This document shows, piece by piece, positions 17,769 to 27,166 of a DNA stretch of 64,000 nucleotides. The position numbers were made by a program, and so were the translations under genes. Position 1 is the stretch's first letter. Each line of letters opens with the position of its first letter. The notes below the pieces were generated by a model. The model made no database searches. It saw only the letters and a program-made list of their open reading frames with translations, and had not been told where the DNA came from. Source of the DNA: a virus (lineage: Duplodnaviria; Heunggongvirae; Uroviricota; Caudoviricetes); IMG/VR virus record IMGVR_UViG_3300001598_000045, positions 1 to 64,000 of that record; one strand, given 5' to 3'.

Positions 17769-18606
17769 ATAAGATGCTTTCCAAAACGCTAAGGTTTTGA
17801 ATTTCTACAAAAGATTTGTTTAACTTTATAACTCCAGGTATTTTCTCCGAAAGTTTATCTTTATCTATTCGTAATGGAGTTTTATTAAACATTCTTAAAA
17901 TATACGTATCTGAATTCGTCCTTACAACAAATCCATCTGCATCATAATAGAAGTAGTCCATATGAACTGGAAAATTTCTATCTAATAGTTTTATTACTCT
18001 ATTATTAAACTCCATAGTTGGAGCATTTTTTAGTGAAGTTCTGAATCCTGTTTGAACTCTCTCTTCATTAAGTATATATTTAATAGTAGTTGTCATAAAC
18101 TCTAGACTACTTTTCCAAGCGGCTTCTTCCGTTCTTTCACCGCCACGGACTCCTATCATCGCATAGGATAAGGGATTAAGTTCCCCTGTTGTATCTGAAA
18201 TGTCTATTGGACGAATCAAGTTTTCATCAATATTTTTCCAACTTTCTTCATCTATTTTAAAAACGTTTCTAAATTCCTTTTTCCCCCATCGCCAAATACG
18301 GCCAATAGAAGATAAAGCTCTACCACTTTCGTGAATATCCCCCTGATGATGATCAAATCTTCCCAGGAAAACATCATAAACAATTGCATTCTCAGGTATC
18401 TTAAAGTTAGGATCCCGAGTTCTAATAACTTTTGTCAAAATACTCTTCTCTTTAAAATAAAGTTGTAGAAGAGCAGTAGTGAGTACATCATCCGCATGAC
18501 ATACTCCATCATGTGTAACCAAAAGAACTTCTTTCTCTTGGTCAAAGTTTTCCAATAAATTTCGCATTGTTTTTAATTTAAATTGTTCCAAAATAAAACC
18601 TGGCAA
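17767..18606 (-). CDS. MYG1/UPF0160-like metal-dependent hydrolase
   Basis: THDGVCHADDV and GRFDHHQGD match the HDGxFHxDE and DHH blocks of the MYG1 family. Confidence 0.55.
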   Translation of the reverse strand: MPGFILEQFKLKTMRNLLENFDQEKEVLLVTHDGVCHADDVLTTALLQLYFKEKSILTKVIRTRDPNFKIPENAIVYDVFLGRFDHHQGDIHESGRALSSIGRIWRWGKKEFRNVFKIDEESWKNIDENLIRPIDISDTTGELNPLSYAMIGVRGGERTEEAAWKSSLEFMTTTIKYILNEERVQTGFRTSLKNAPTMEFNNRVIKLLDRNFPVHMDYFYYDADGFVVRTNSDTYILRMFNKTPLRIDKDKLSEKIPGVIKLNKSFVEIQNLSVLESIL

Positions 18607-18650
18607 GATCTAACTTTACCAGGTTCGTTTATTATTCATATATAAGGCTA

Positions 18651-19121
18651 TTAAGACTTTAGAGGCGTATTAATATTTAGCATATTATTAATACTATTTA
18701 CTTGATTTGTATCAAATATTGTTTTTATAGAATCATTATTATTTAATTTTTCTATCTTTTCCTCTAGTCTATTAATTACTTGCTCTAGATTTTTTATTTT
18801 ATCGTCGAGTTTAGTAATTAATTCTATTCTATCTGTAATTATTTTTTCTAATAATGGTGTAGGATTATCAATTACCTTTTCTAATTCTAATTTTACTAAT
18901 TCATTTATCAGGTCTTTTAGCTCAATATCTGAATTATCTTTTAAGTAATCATTTAAACTACTACATATATTTTCTGCTATATTTACTAGTTTACTTAATC
19001 TTTCATCACCATAAATATAACTAGTTGTTGTACTTACTATGTTATTATTATCAAAGTAATCTTTAATTGTACCATAGCTTGTAGTAACTCCAGTATTATT
19101 TATTATACTATTATTCATTGT
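18651..19121 (-). CDS. hypothetical coiled-coil protein
   Basis: Start placed at the internal Met (MNNSIINN) just downstream of the preceding stop. The ORF-track start at 19241 overlaps the phosphatase gene by 130 nt. Confidence 0.45.
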   Translation of the reverse strand, partial: TMNNSIINNTGVTTSYGTIKDYFDNNNIVSTTTSYIYGDERLSKLVNIAENICSSLNDYLKDNSDIELKDLINELVKLELEKVIDNPTPLLEKIITDRIELITKLDDKIKNLEQVINRLEEKIEKLNNNDSIKTIFDTNQVNSINNMLNINTPLKS

Positions 19122-19851
19122 TATCCTCTCCTTGTACTTTTTTATCAATTTTATCAGGTACTTCAAATAACTCCATAATTCCAAGTCCTCTATATATTGT
19201 TTTATTATAGCTACCGGAATATGAGTTATGATAGTGTCCATATATCCATTTATCTACATTTACATTCTCTAAAACAGAATCTAAATATTTTCTGCTTTCT
19301 ACTATTTTCTCATATTGTTCAACTGGAGTGTCATTTAATCTAGTACACATTGGTTGAAATATTAGTGGTGCTTCGTGAGATACTATAATATCTACGGTTT
19401 TTGGTAATTTTTCTATAGGTACTTTTACAATATCCTCATCTTCCCACCAAACTCTTCTATCTTTCCCTTTTGTTGCTAGTTTTTGATTATATTCTAGCCT
19501 CCAAGAAATATCAGTAGAATTTGCACCCCCAATAGTATAAATATCATAACCACATAGATTATATATTTTATTGTCTTCTAAAAATTTAAGTCTTGGATAA
19601 CTAAATTTATCTAGATCTTTAAAAAATGCTGGATCATCGTGGTTACCTCTTATGGCATGAATTACTATATCTGCTTTTTCTAGTCTATTTTCATATTTTT
19701 TATAGACTTGAGGTAGAGCATTATCAAATCCCATGCCAAAATCTCCAACCACGAGAATATCAGCATTAGTTATTTTGTATCTATTAGTTATTGTCCAAAC
19801 TAATTCAGCAAACTCACCATGAACATCACCACACATTATTAATTTTCTCAT
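19111..19851 (-). CDS. calcineurin-like metallophosphoesterase (PPP-like phosphatase)
   Basis: GDVHGEF, GDFGMG and GNHD metal-binding motifs. Confidence 0.7.
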   Translation of the reverse strand: MRKLIMCGDVHGEFAELVWTITNRYKITNADILVVGDFGMGFDNALPQVYKKYENRLEKADIVIHAIRGNHDDPAFFKDLDKFSYPRLKFLEDNKIYNLCGYDIYTIGGANSTDISWRLEYNQKLATKGKDRRVWWEDEDIVKVPIEKLPKTVDIIVSHEAPLIFQPMCTRLNDTPVEQYEKIVESRKYLDSVLENVNVDKWIYGHYHNSYSGSYNKTIYRGLGIMELFEVPDKIDKKVQGEDNNE

Positions 19852-20381
19852 ATCTGTGTAACATCTAAATAGTCAATATTAAAATTAATTGCAGTATCAT
19901 AGTCAGAAGAAGAGAATGATAGAGGATTAATTACTTTTGGACATGCATCACCTATCATTAACATCTTTGATTTTTCTATATTAGTTAAATTATATTTCTG
20001 TACAAATGACTCTAACATCCCAGTATTTGGTTTTCTCCACTGGTTAGATTTATCATTACTAGGACAAAACATATAATCAACTACTATCTGTTCATTAATA
20101 TATTCAGATAATGCTGCTTTTATATAATCAAATTTAGCAGTCATATATTCTACTTTACTTGCTTTTCCATTCTCTATTCCACCTTGATTAGATACAATAA
20201 AAACATATCCACTATTTTTAGTATCTGCCCATTCTTTTAACTCATTCCAAGTTTTAAAGATAGGCGTACAATCAATAATACATTTAGCGAAAGGACCACC
20301 AGAGAGTGTTTTTATTAATGTACCATCAAGATCTATAAATATAATATCTTTATTTTTTAATTTATCATTCATATTTACCAA
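19848..20381 (-). CDS. HAD-IIIA family phosphatase (PNKP-3'-phosphatase/GmhB-like)
   Basis: Motif I FIDLDGTLIKT; motif II-like VSNQGGI. Confidence 0.65.
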   Translation of the reverse strand: MVNMNDKLKNKDIIFIDLDGTLIKTLSGGPFAKCIIDCTPIFKTWNELKEWADTKNSGYVFIVSNQGGIENGKASKVEYMTAKFDYIKAALSEYINEQIVVDYMFCPSNDKSNQWRKPNTGMLESFVQKYNLTNIEKSKMLMIGDACPKVINPLSFSSSDYDTAINFNIDYLDVTQI

Positions 20382-20875
20382 TTTTTAGGTTTAAATCCGT
20401 GTTCTGTATATTTATTTTTTACAACCTTGATAAGACCTGGATTTATATCATTAAGATCAAATTTGTCTCTAATCTCTTTTATAGAGATTTTTGTAATAGG
20501 TGAGATATTATATGATTCAATATCTTTAATAATAATAAATAGTGTACTGATAATTTCTATATTTTCAATCCACCCATCTTCATCACATTCTATATAATTA
20601 TCAAGATCTATAGACCATACTCTTCCATGAGTATTTTCTGGATAAAAATAATCTTGGCTATAATAATCACCATGTCTTCTAATATTATAAACACGTGATA
20701 AATACTTTTCAACCGCGGTATAATTACCCTGTTCTAATACTTTTCTTAAGATCTGTAATTTTTGTAATCTTAATTCTTCGTTTCCTAATTTAACTTCTGG
20801 AATTTTCGCTTCTTTAATTTCATTTTTTGTAAAACTAAATAACTCTTTTAACTTTTCTAAAAAATTTCGTTTCAT
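20375..20875 (-). CDS. hypothetical protein
   Basis: 166-aa ORF. Confidence 0.45.
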   Translation of the reverse strand: MKRNFLEKLKELFSFTKNEIKEAKIPEVKLGNEELRLQKLQILRKVLEQGNYTAVEKYLSRVYNIRRHGDYYSQDYFYPENTHGRVWSIDLDNYIECDEDGWIENIEIISTLFIIIKDIESYNISPITKISIKEIRDKFDLNDINPGLIKVVKNKYTEHGFKPKNW

Positions 20876-20890
20876 ATTATTTATATTTTA

Positions 20891-21292
20891 TTAAATTTTC
20901 TGTGATAAAAAATGTAATCTAAAACCGGCACTAGTATTTTTCCAACACCAATACCCTTTTATTACTCCATTTGTCATATTATTAACTACATTAAGAAGTT
21001 CACCGCCAGATATTGTAAACCAAGTTAGGCTCTCTTTGAATAGATTATACTCTACATCTAGCTTTTTCCTTAACTCAAGTCCACCACTATAATCATTCCA
21101 AGTATTCCAAAAAGCTTCATATATGTCTTTTAATTGAATAGGGCATAATCTTAATTTTTCATAACCTAAGATAGCCGCTAATTCTAAATAGAATTTGTTT
21201 TCTATTCTTTTATAATTATTTTTTATAACAATTTCATTTTCATAGAATGAGTATGGATACCCAAGCTCATCTATATAAATATATTCATTCAT
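20891..21292 (-). CDS. hypothetical protein
   Basis: 133-aa ORF. Confidence 0.45.
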   Translation of the reverse strand: MNEYIYIDELGYPYSFYENEIVIKNNYKRIENKFYLELAAILGYEKLRLCPIQLKDIYEAFWNTWNDYSGGLELRKKLDVEYNLFKESLTWFTISGGELLNVVNNMTNGVIKGYWCWKNTSAGFRLHFLSQKI

Positions 21293-21324
21293 ATCAATTA
21301 TAAGGATTTTAAGAAAGTATTAGT

Positions 21325-21336
21325 CCCTTATATATG
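21325..21336 (+). promoter_or_regulatory. promoter core element CCCTTATATATG, 2 nt before the ATG
   Basis: Same core as the other copies; near-leaderless arrangement. Confidence 0.5.
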
Positions 21337-21338
21337 TT

Positions 21339-21683
21339 ATGAGAAAAATTTATATAGTAAAAGTAAATAAACCTATATTTTTTCCAGAAACTTTTATTGG
21401 TGGAGCTTTTAGTAAGAAGTTCATAGCTGTACAAAAAAATGAAACTACGATATATTTAATAAATTGTGAAAACTTAGTTAAAATCTCATTATTAAACTTA
21501 TTTAAAAAAGATAATTGGTTAGTAATAGAAGGATCTCCAGAAAAAGTTAATGAGGTTATAAATTATTCATTATTTTCAAAAGAGTTACAGATTTCAGAGA
21601 CTAATTACAATGAGTTATTAGATAGGTGTACTTCAATAGTGAGCAAAAGATTAGAATATTTAAAAGAGGTTATTCGTGATTAA
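21339..21683 (+). CDS. hypothetical protein
   Basis: 114-aa ORF. Confidence 0.5.
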   Translation: MRKIYIVKVNKPIFFPETFIGGAFSKKFIAVQKNETTIYLINCENLVKISLLNLFKKDNWLVIEGSPEKVNEVINYSLFSKELQISETNYNELLDRCTSIVSKRLEYLKEVIRD

Positions 21684-21725
21684 GAAATATTACGTTTAAC
21701 TTCTATTATTTTCCTTATAAATAGA

Positions 21726-22664
21726 ATGATATTAAAAATAGAAATAAATAACTTTAATAGAGAAGAATCAATTATTTTTAATTTTCAAAGAGGAATTAAT
21801 GATCTCGAGTATAGAGAGCGTGATATAGAGGATCTTCTTAGTATCTTAACTATTTTACGAAATCCTACTAATCAATTTTCAGAAAGATTACTAGGAAATC
21901 TTAAAGATGAGATAACTATAGTAACGATAATATTTACTAAAGATGGAAAATCTATTTATGAGTATTCTATATCCTGCTTACCAGAGAAATATTTAATGGA
22001 ATCTTTGATAAAAGATGGCGTCCTAGTTTCATATTGGGATTTTTCGGGGCTTGCTGAATTGAATGGTAATAATATAGAAATATTTGCAAAAGAGATGCCG
22101 ACTATTCCACATATGTTAGTGGGATTACGTGGTTATGATGACCAGCTTAGTGATTTTGGAAAAGCAATATGTGAAGAATTAGTTAATGTATATACTTTAC
22201 CAGATTTTTCCTTATTTATGCTTGAAAACAAACAAATTAATATACAGGATATAGTATATTTTTATAAAAATACTTATCCTAAAATAGAACCATTTAAATA
22301 TTGGAATGATATATTACCAAAACTAGATCTAAATATAAGTGGAATAACTAAACAAGGTGAGATAGTTACTAATGGTAATTTTAACATTAAATTTTCTGAT
22401 ACTGGTTCTGGTGCAATGAGGATGATTTACATAATTCCATTGCTATTTGAGTCTATGAAATCAAATAATGGTATATTTATATATCCAGGTTTTTGTGAAA
22501 ATTTACATATGTTATTGATTAAATTTTTATTAGAAACTTGGTCAAAAATAACAGTAGATAATCCAGAAAAGAATTGTCTCAATCAGTTTATTTCTAAATT
22601 ACCTGCTGAATATGATAAGTATTTTAAACTAAATATATATAGATATAATGATAAGAATAAATGA
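21726..22664 (+). CDS. hypothetical protein
   Basis: 312-aa ORF; CCTTATAAATAGA lies immediately upstream of the ATG. Confidence 0.5.
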   Translation: MILKIEINNFNREESIIFNFQRGINDLEYRERDIEDLLSILTILRNPTNQFSERLLGNLKDEITIVTIIFTKDGKSIYEYSISCLPEKYLMESLIKDGVLVSYWDFSGLAELNGNNIEIFAKEMPTIPHMLVGLRGYDDQLSDFGKAICEELVNVYTLPDFSLFMLENKQINIQDIVYFYKNTYPKIEPFKYWNDILPKLDLNISGITKQGEIVTNGNFNIKFSDTGSGAMRMIYIIPLLFESMKSNNGIFIYPGFCENLHMLLIKFLLETWSKITVDNPEKNCLNQFISKLPAEYDKYFKLNIYRYNDKNK

Positions 22665-23121
22665 GTTGAATCTTAATTATATTGAATCATTTACCCATAT
22701 ACTAGTTGATACTCGTGCCTATAGAATATCTGGTACTACATGGGATAATTCTATTAGTATGGATGAAGTTTTAAATAATGAAACAGTATTAAAACCGAAA
22801 ATAGTATTAGAATCACCAGATAATTATACTAGTTTGCAAGAGTCTATACTAACTGAACAGGAAGTTTTAGATTTTATTAATAATTTATATAATCTAACTA
22901 ATCCTAATCCTATGTTTTATTTCAAACATTCTATTATTGTAAAAAATAATGATATTAATGTAGGATTTTGGCCATTCAAATATTTAAATTTTTGGAGAAA
23001 AGATGAAAATACTTTTACACTTAGAACTTCAGATTTTTTAAATATAGATTGGAAAAGTTGTAATAAAGAAAATTTAGTTTTGAACGAAGTATATGGAGAG
23101 GAAATTAGAAAAAATATTTAG
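22648..23121 (+). CDS. hypothetical protein
   Basis: 157-aa ORF. Confidence 0.45.
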   Translation: MIRINELNLNYIESFTHILVDTRAYRISGTTWDNSISMDEVLNNETVLKPKIVLESPDNYTSLQESILTEQEVLDFINNLYNLTNPNPMFYFKHSIIVKNNDINVGFWPFKYLNFWRKDENTFTLRTSDFLNIDWKSCNKENLVLNEVYGEEIRKNI

Positions 23122-23818
23122 AAAAGATGATAATAAGGTAGTTGAATTTAGAGGACTACCCATTAATGTCCCTATAGATTTAAAAGATACTGTAGGATAT
23201 TGGGTATATGGAAGCTTGAAAATTGTAGATGATTATAATAATAAAATGACCTTTGTAGAAGATAAAAAAATACCAAGAAGAGCATATATAACGTATTATT
23301 ATAATCAAGTGAATAATATGAGTCTTTATACTGAAGTAGAGGTTCATCTAGATTCTATCGGGCAATTAGTATGTAAAGATGTTTTTGAAGGAAGTATCTT
23401 AAGTCATCCAGATTATCCGGAATGTTTATTTGAAATTTCTTGGGATAAATATAATACTAGATGGATTCCTAAATTAATATATGGAACTAATGGTGTAGAT
23501 TATTCACAAAAACAATTACCACTAAAAATACAAGAATATTCTATTAATAGCTTATGGTGTAAAAGCTTACCTTGGTATACAGAAATAATTCCGGCTAATA
23601 AATATTATAATGATAATTATATTTTACTAGAAACTATTAATAATCATGATATTTGGTATAATAGTATTAAAGGTAATAATGGAGATTTTTTAGATATAAC
23701 AACAGAAGATAAAAATACAATAATAATGTCTCCAATAAATAGTTTAGGGGAATTATCCATCATTTATCCAGAATTATTAGATAAATTATTAAAACAAAAA
23801 TTAATAAAATTAATATAA
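23093..23818 (+). CDS. hypothetical protein
   Basis: 241-aa ORF. Confidence 0.5.
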   Translation: MERKLEKIFRKDDNKVVEFRGLPINVPIDLKDTVGYWVYGSLKIVDDYNNKMTFVEDKKIPRRAYITYYYNQVNNMSLYTEVEVHLDSIGQLVCKDVFEGSILSHPDYPECLFEISWDKYNTRWIPKLIYGTNGVDYSQKQLPLKIQEYSINSLWCKSLPWYTEIIPANKYYNDNYILLETINNHDIWYNSIKGNNGDFLDITTEDKNTIIMSPINSLGELSIIYPELLDKLLKQKLIKLI

Positions 23819-23835
23819 AAATAAAGTAACCTTAA

Positions 23836-23916
23836 TTAGGTTACTATTTTTTTTTATAATACAGAATCCAGTTAAAAAATAAAACCGGACTTTAATATCC
23901 GGTTTTAAGTAAGTAA
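23836..23916. terminator. pair of convergent stem-loop terminators
   Basis: gtaacc-ttaatta-ggttac with a T-run serves the plus gene. aaaccgga-ctttaata-tccggttt with a minus-sense T-run serves the minus gene. Confidence 0.6.
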
Positions 23917-23924
23917 CTACTTCA

Positions 23925-24179
23925 TTACTTCTGAGGAGCCTCTGCAGCAGGTGCCTGTTGGGCCTGGCCTTTCTTAGCTGCGCGGCGCTTCTTAATTCCT
24001 CGATAGAGGAAGAATCCACCAACGGCAGCAGCAGTTACGGCGGTACCAATCAGGATGCCATTTTTGTGCTCTGCAAAGAAACTACCCTTGGTAGTTACTA
24101 CATTGTTATTGACTTGTGCAGGTTGAGCTGCACGTTGATTCTGACCATTAAAGGTCTTGTTGTTCATGTTGTTATCCAT
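23925..24179 (-). CDS. small membrane protein (Ala/Gly-rich TM, basic C-terminal tail)
   Basis: ILIGTAVTAAAVGGFFLY; GC-rich due to Ala/Gly/Pro codons. Confidence 0.45.
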   Translation of the reverse strand: MDNNMNNKTFNGQNQRAAQPAQVNNNVVTTKGSFFAEHKNGILIGTAVTAAAVGGFFLYRGIKKRRAAKKGQAQQAPAAEAPQK

Positions 24180-24352
24180 AAACGTACGGTTTTAATTTGT
24201 TAATATTTAAAAATTTCCTCGAATTAAAATGTTAATATATTTCTCATAAACTTTGTCGTAGGGGCAGGGATATATAATAATCCCTTTCCCCTATTGACCT
24301 ATTGTTTATGGAAAACAGTGTTGTTATTTTCACTGTGACGAAAAATAAAATA

Positions 24353-24441
24353 AGTATATAATAGGATTCGAACCTATGACTTCCTTTAATTATATTCTCC
24401 AACTATAATTAATGGTGTTCTACCGACTGAACTATATATTT
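24353..24441 (-). tRNA. tRNA-like gene with atypical anticodon/variable region (possible intron or pseudo-tRNA)
   Basis: Minus-sense sequence has a canonical D-arm (TA-GTTC-AGTCGGTA-GAAC-A) and T-arm (ATAGG-TTCGAAT-CCTAT). The acceptor stem has 5 bp plus 2 terminal mismatches. 38 nt lie between the D and T arms, containing a 9-bp palindrome ttaattata/tataattaa. No standard 7-nt anticodon loop can be drawn. Confidence 0.45.
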
Positions 24442-24452
24442 CTTATTTCTTC

Positions 24453-24495
24453 ATATATAAGGCTTTAGGCCTTTTATAGACGGTAATTCTATTTT
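24453..24495 (-). promoter_or_regulatory. conserved phage promoter motif driving the tRNA-like gene
   Basis: Minus-sense AGAATTACCGTCTATAAAAGGCCTAAAGCCTTATATATG, about 20 nt before the tRNA-like 5' end. Confidence 0.55.
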
Positions 24496-24554
24496 TATTA
24501 AAATTTACCAAAAATAAATACCGGAACCCTTTTTAGAGTTCCGGTTTGGCATTA

Positions 24555-24695
24555 TTAGACAATGGGTCTTTACTTGCTAGCAGGAGTTTGAGTTTCTCCG
24601 TGCCAAACCTCGATGCCGTCTTTTACGGCACCCATCGTCAGCCATGCCCCGATGGCGGCACCTGCCAATGCAAATGTCGTCTTAATGATTTTACC
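24555..24695 (-). CDS. small hydrophobic protein (46 aa; not in ORF track)
   Basis: MKVFGKIIKTTFALAGAAIGAWLTMGAVKDGIEVWHGETQTPASK; promoter motif at 24765-24800. Confidence 0.3.
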
Positions 24696-24847
24696 AAATA
24701 CTTTCATACTTTCCGTATTTTGGTTAATAAATTTCCGCTGGGATTAAAATAAAGTCACTCAATTGACCTATTTCCCATTCAAATATAAGGCTTTTATCCT
24801 TTTTCAGACGGTATTTTTTTTAAATAAAAAAGGGATAAAATCCCTTT

Positions 24848-25669
24848 TTAACGACGTATATTCCACATTGAATTTGCAGAACCATTAAATAATACGTCAA
24901 TATTAGTACCTTGCTTCTCTTCTATAATATTCCAAGCGCGAAGTTCTATATATTGATCTGCAGTTAAACCCATTTCTCTCATATAAGCTTTATCTGCTAC
25001 TGCTCTTTGTTTTTCAGCTGCCTCACGCTTTTTTTCCATTTCACAAAGTCTTTCTTGAGTCTTTGTTTTTTGAATAGCCGCCGCAGTATTATTCATTTCA
25101 TCTAATTGATCCTGATTTGGCCGTGCAGCTCCAGTAGTAACAGATACTATATTAATAGGAAAAGGTTTTTCTAAAGATTTATTTGCTACATATTCTCTCA
25201 TGTCTATTAGTAACATGGAATCTATTACTGATATTACTTCACGATTACTAATAAGATCAAATGGGCTATACATAGATACATATTCTCGAGTTTTATTTCT
25301 ATAAGGAACTTGAATATTATGTACATACCACTGTGCACCATAATTTTGTAATAGTATTGGTGTCTTACCCTGTTCTATCTGTATTGTTATATAAGTATTA
25401 AAATCGAGTGGGGTATTGTCATTTGAGAATATATCATCAAATTTTTCATCATACCTTTGTGGAACAATTTTAAAAGTTACATAATCAGTAGTTGGAGCAC
25501 ACCAAGTCAAACCAGTAGATACTGGCTGAGAATACACACCACCATGGCCAAAGAACCAAGGTTTCATAACCAAAGCTGCTTCTTCATCTGCATTAACTGC
25601 TACTTTAGTACAAGAAGCGCTAATCAATACTACAAATAGTAATGATAAGAACATAAAAATTTTCTTCAT
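24848..25669 (-). CDS. secreted protein or lipoprotein candidate with a C-terminal coiled coil
   Basis: Start placed at the internal MKKIFMFLSLLFVVLISASC (signal peptide, Cys after an ISAS-like box). The ORF-track start at 25729 overlaps the upstream gene. Confidence 0.5.
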   Translation of the reverse strand: MKKIFMFLSLLFVVLISASCTKVAVNADEEAALVMKPWFFGHGGVYSQPVSTGLTWCAPTTDYVTFKIVPQRYDEKFDDIFSNDNTPLDFNTYITIQIEQGKTPILLQNYGAQWYVHNIQVPYRNKTREYVSMYSPFDLISNREVISVIDSMLLIDMREYVANKSLEKPFPINIVSVTTGAARPNQDQLDEMNNTAAAIQKTKTQERLCEMEKKREAAEKQRAVADKAYMREMGLTADQYIELRAWNIIEEKQGTNIDVLFNGSANSMWNIRR

Positions 25670-25688
25670 GTTTTTAATAAATTTTTGA

Positions 25689-26279
25689 TTAATATTTACG
25701 TTTAGTCCAATCATAAAAACTAGGATCAATAAAATCCATTATTTCTTTAGCTTTTACTAATTGAACAATGCAGTCTAGACACATTGTAACTTCAGACTCT
25801 TTACTACCAAAAGTTAACCATTCTTTATGAGTTTCTTCAGGTATTCCAGGAATAGCATCTACTATACTTTTCCATAAGTCTAAATTACAAGTTTGTTTAC
25901 CACATATACAGCAACTACTTTTATTATTTCCTGTTATATTTATTAATAATTCAGGATCACAAAAAGCATGCATAATATGTTTTATAAATCTTCCATATTG
26001 CGTAGTTTGTCCTGCTTCAATCAATAATATAACTTCTCCATCAATAGGTTGTAAAGAACCCGCTTGATTAATACCCATAGAGTTACGATAATTAGAAACT
26101 CTGCTTGGTAATTCATAGTCACCTAGTGGTCGTGGGAAACAATAAGAAATTATTAGATTTTTACTATCTGAAGTTAATCTTTTTTCTGGAGTTAGAAAAT
26201 TAATAGCGGCTTCTTTAGTTAAATGTGCTGCTTTAATTTTTTGTAAATACTCTAATACTAAATTATTGTCTTCCATCAT
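25689..26279 (-). CDS. hypothetical Cys-containing protein
   Basis: 196 aa; CCICGKQTC...C cluster. Confidence 0.45.
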   Translation of the reverse strand: MMEDNNLVLEYLQKIKAAHLTKEAAINFLTPEKRLTSDSKNLIISYCFPRPLGDYELPSRVSNYRNSMGINQAGSLQPIDGEVILLIEAGQTTQYGRFIKHIMHAFCDPELLINITGNNKSSCCICGKQTCNLDLWKSIVDAIPGIPEETHKEWLTFGSKESEVTMCLDCIVQLVKAKEIMDFIDPSFYDWTKRKY

Positions 26280-26378
26280 CCAAAGAAATTATTAAAGGTT
26301 TCTTCTTTAATTCCTGTTTCTACAATTCTTTCAATTTGAATGTTTAAATCTTCTTTAATAAAATTTTCTGTCATTTTG

Positions 26379-26675
26379 TTACATATATAATGTTGAAACA
26401 TTTCCTTCAATTACATTTATTTCTTCTATTCTAAGAAATCCATGTATTGGAGTTGGTAGTCTATTAATTAATTCTTGTAATGTATCAAATTTCCCATATA
26501 AATCTGATATATTCGTTTCTCCAGGTATTATATTATCACCTGTTGGAAAATAACCATTATTATTTTTTAGCTCTATTAATAATGGAGTTAAGGTATCTAA
26601 TATTTCTTTAGATATTTCAGAAATCCAAAAAGACTCTTCACCTTCTCTACTATCAGTTTTAGCTATAAAAATCAT
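26379..26675 (-). CDS. hypothetical protein
   Basis: 98-aa ORF. Confidence 0.4.
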   Translation of the reverse strand: MIFIAKTDSREGEESFWISEISKEILDTLTPLLIELKNNNGYFPTGDNIIPGETNISDLYGKFDTLQELINRLPTPIHGFLRIEEINVIEGNVSTLYM

Positions 26676-27133
26676 AGTTCTATTCCTTTTATTTCTTTAA
26701 TTAATTCTTTTTTATTTAATATTATTCTATCTTCTTTTCGTTTCTGTAAGATAACTCTACAGATTGAATAACATTTATCTAAAGCTCTATCTATCCAATA
26801 ATTAAACTTTTTATCATTTTCAATTTTATCTATTTTTCTTTGTTCTATTAATGCTTTTTCAAAATAGTAACTCAAATGATGTTCTCTTGTTGGTGAGCAT
26901 AAATATTCACTCGCTAATTTAAAAGCTCTATCTCCAGCTGATCTATTTTCTAAATATTCTGGATGTTTTTCTGAATATTCATGGCCTAGTAAAAAAGCTT
27001 GGATAAAAAGTGATCTAGAATTTTCATCTAATTTTTTATGTTTAGCTATAGACTTTAGACTTAATTCTAAAAATAATTCACCTGCAATTCTCTCTAAATT
27101 ATTCTGTCTATCCTCTTTATTTTCCATATTCAT
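26672..27133 (-). CDS. hypothetical protein
   Basis: 153-aa ORF. Confidence 0.45.
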   Translation of the reverse strand: MNMENKEDRQNNLERIAGELFLELSLKSIAKHKKLDENSRSLFIQAFLLGHEYSEKHPEYLENRSAGDRAFKLASEYLCSPTREHHLSYYFEKALIEQRKIDKIENDKKFNYWIDRALDKCYSICRVILQKRKEDRIILNKKELIKEIKGIEL

Positions 27134-27166
27134 TTATAAGGAATTTTGGCAGTTATACCCGTAGTT

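Noticed and set aside
24353-24441. Reading the tRNA-like gene as a UAA-decoding suppressor tRNA (a TTA triplet can be placed at 34-36 in one fold)
   Set aside because: That fold has A at position 33 and a mismatched stem. Several alternative folds are equally poor, so no anticodon can be assigned from sequence.
23925-24720. GC-rich islands at 16013-16165, 23925-24179, 24555-24695 and 54010-54075 as horizontally acquired DNA
   Set aside because: The GC rise is explained by Ala/Gly/Pro-rich transmembrane peptides and, at 54010-54075, by a GC-paired intron helix. There is no other sign of foreign origin. Only 39976-40542 remains unexplained and is kept as a finding.
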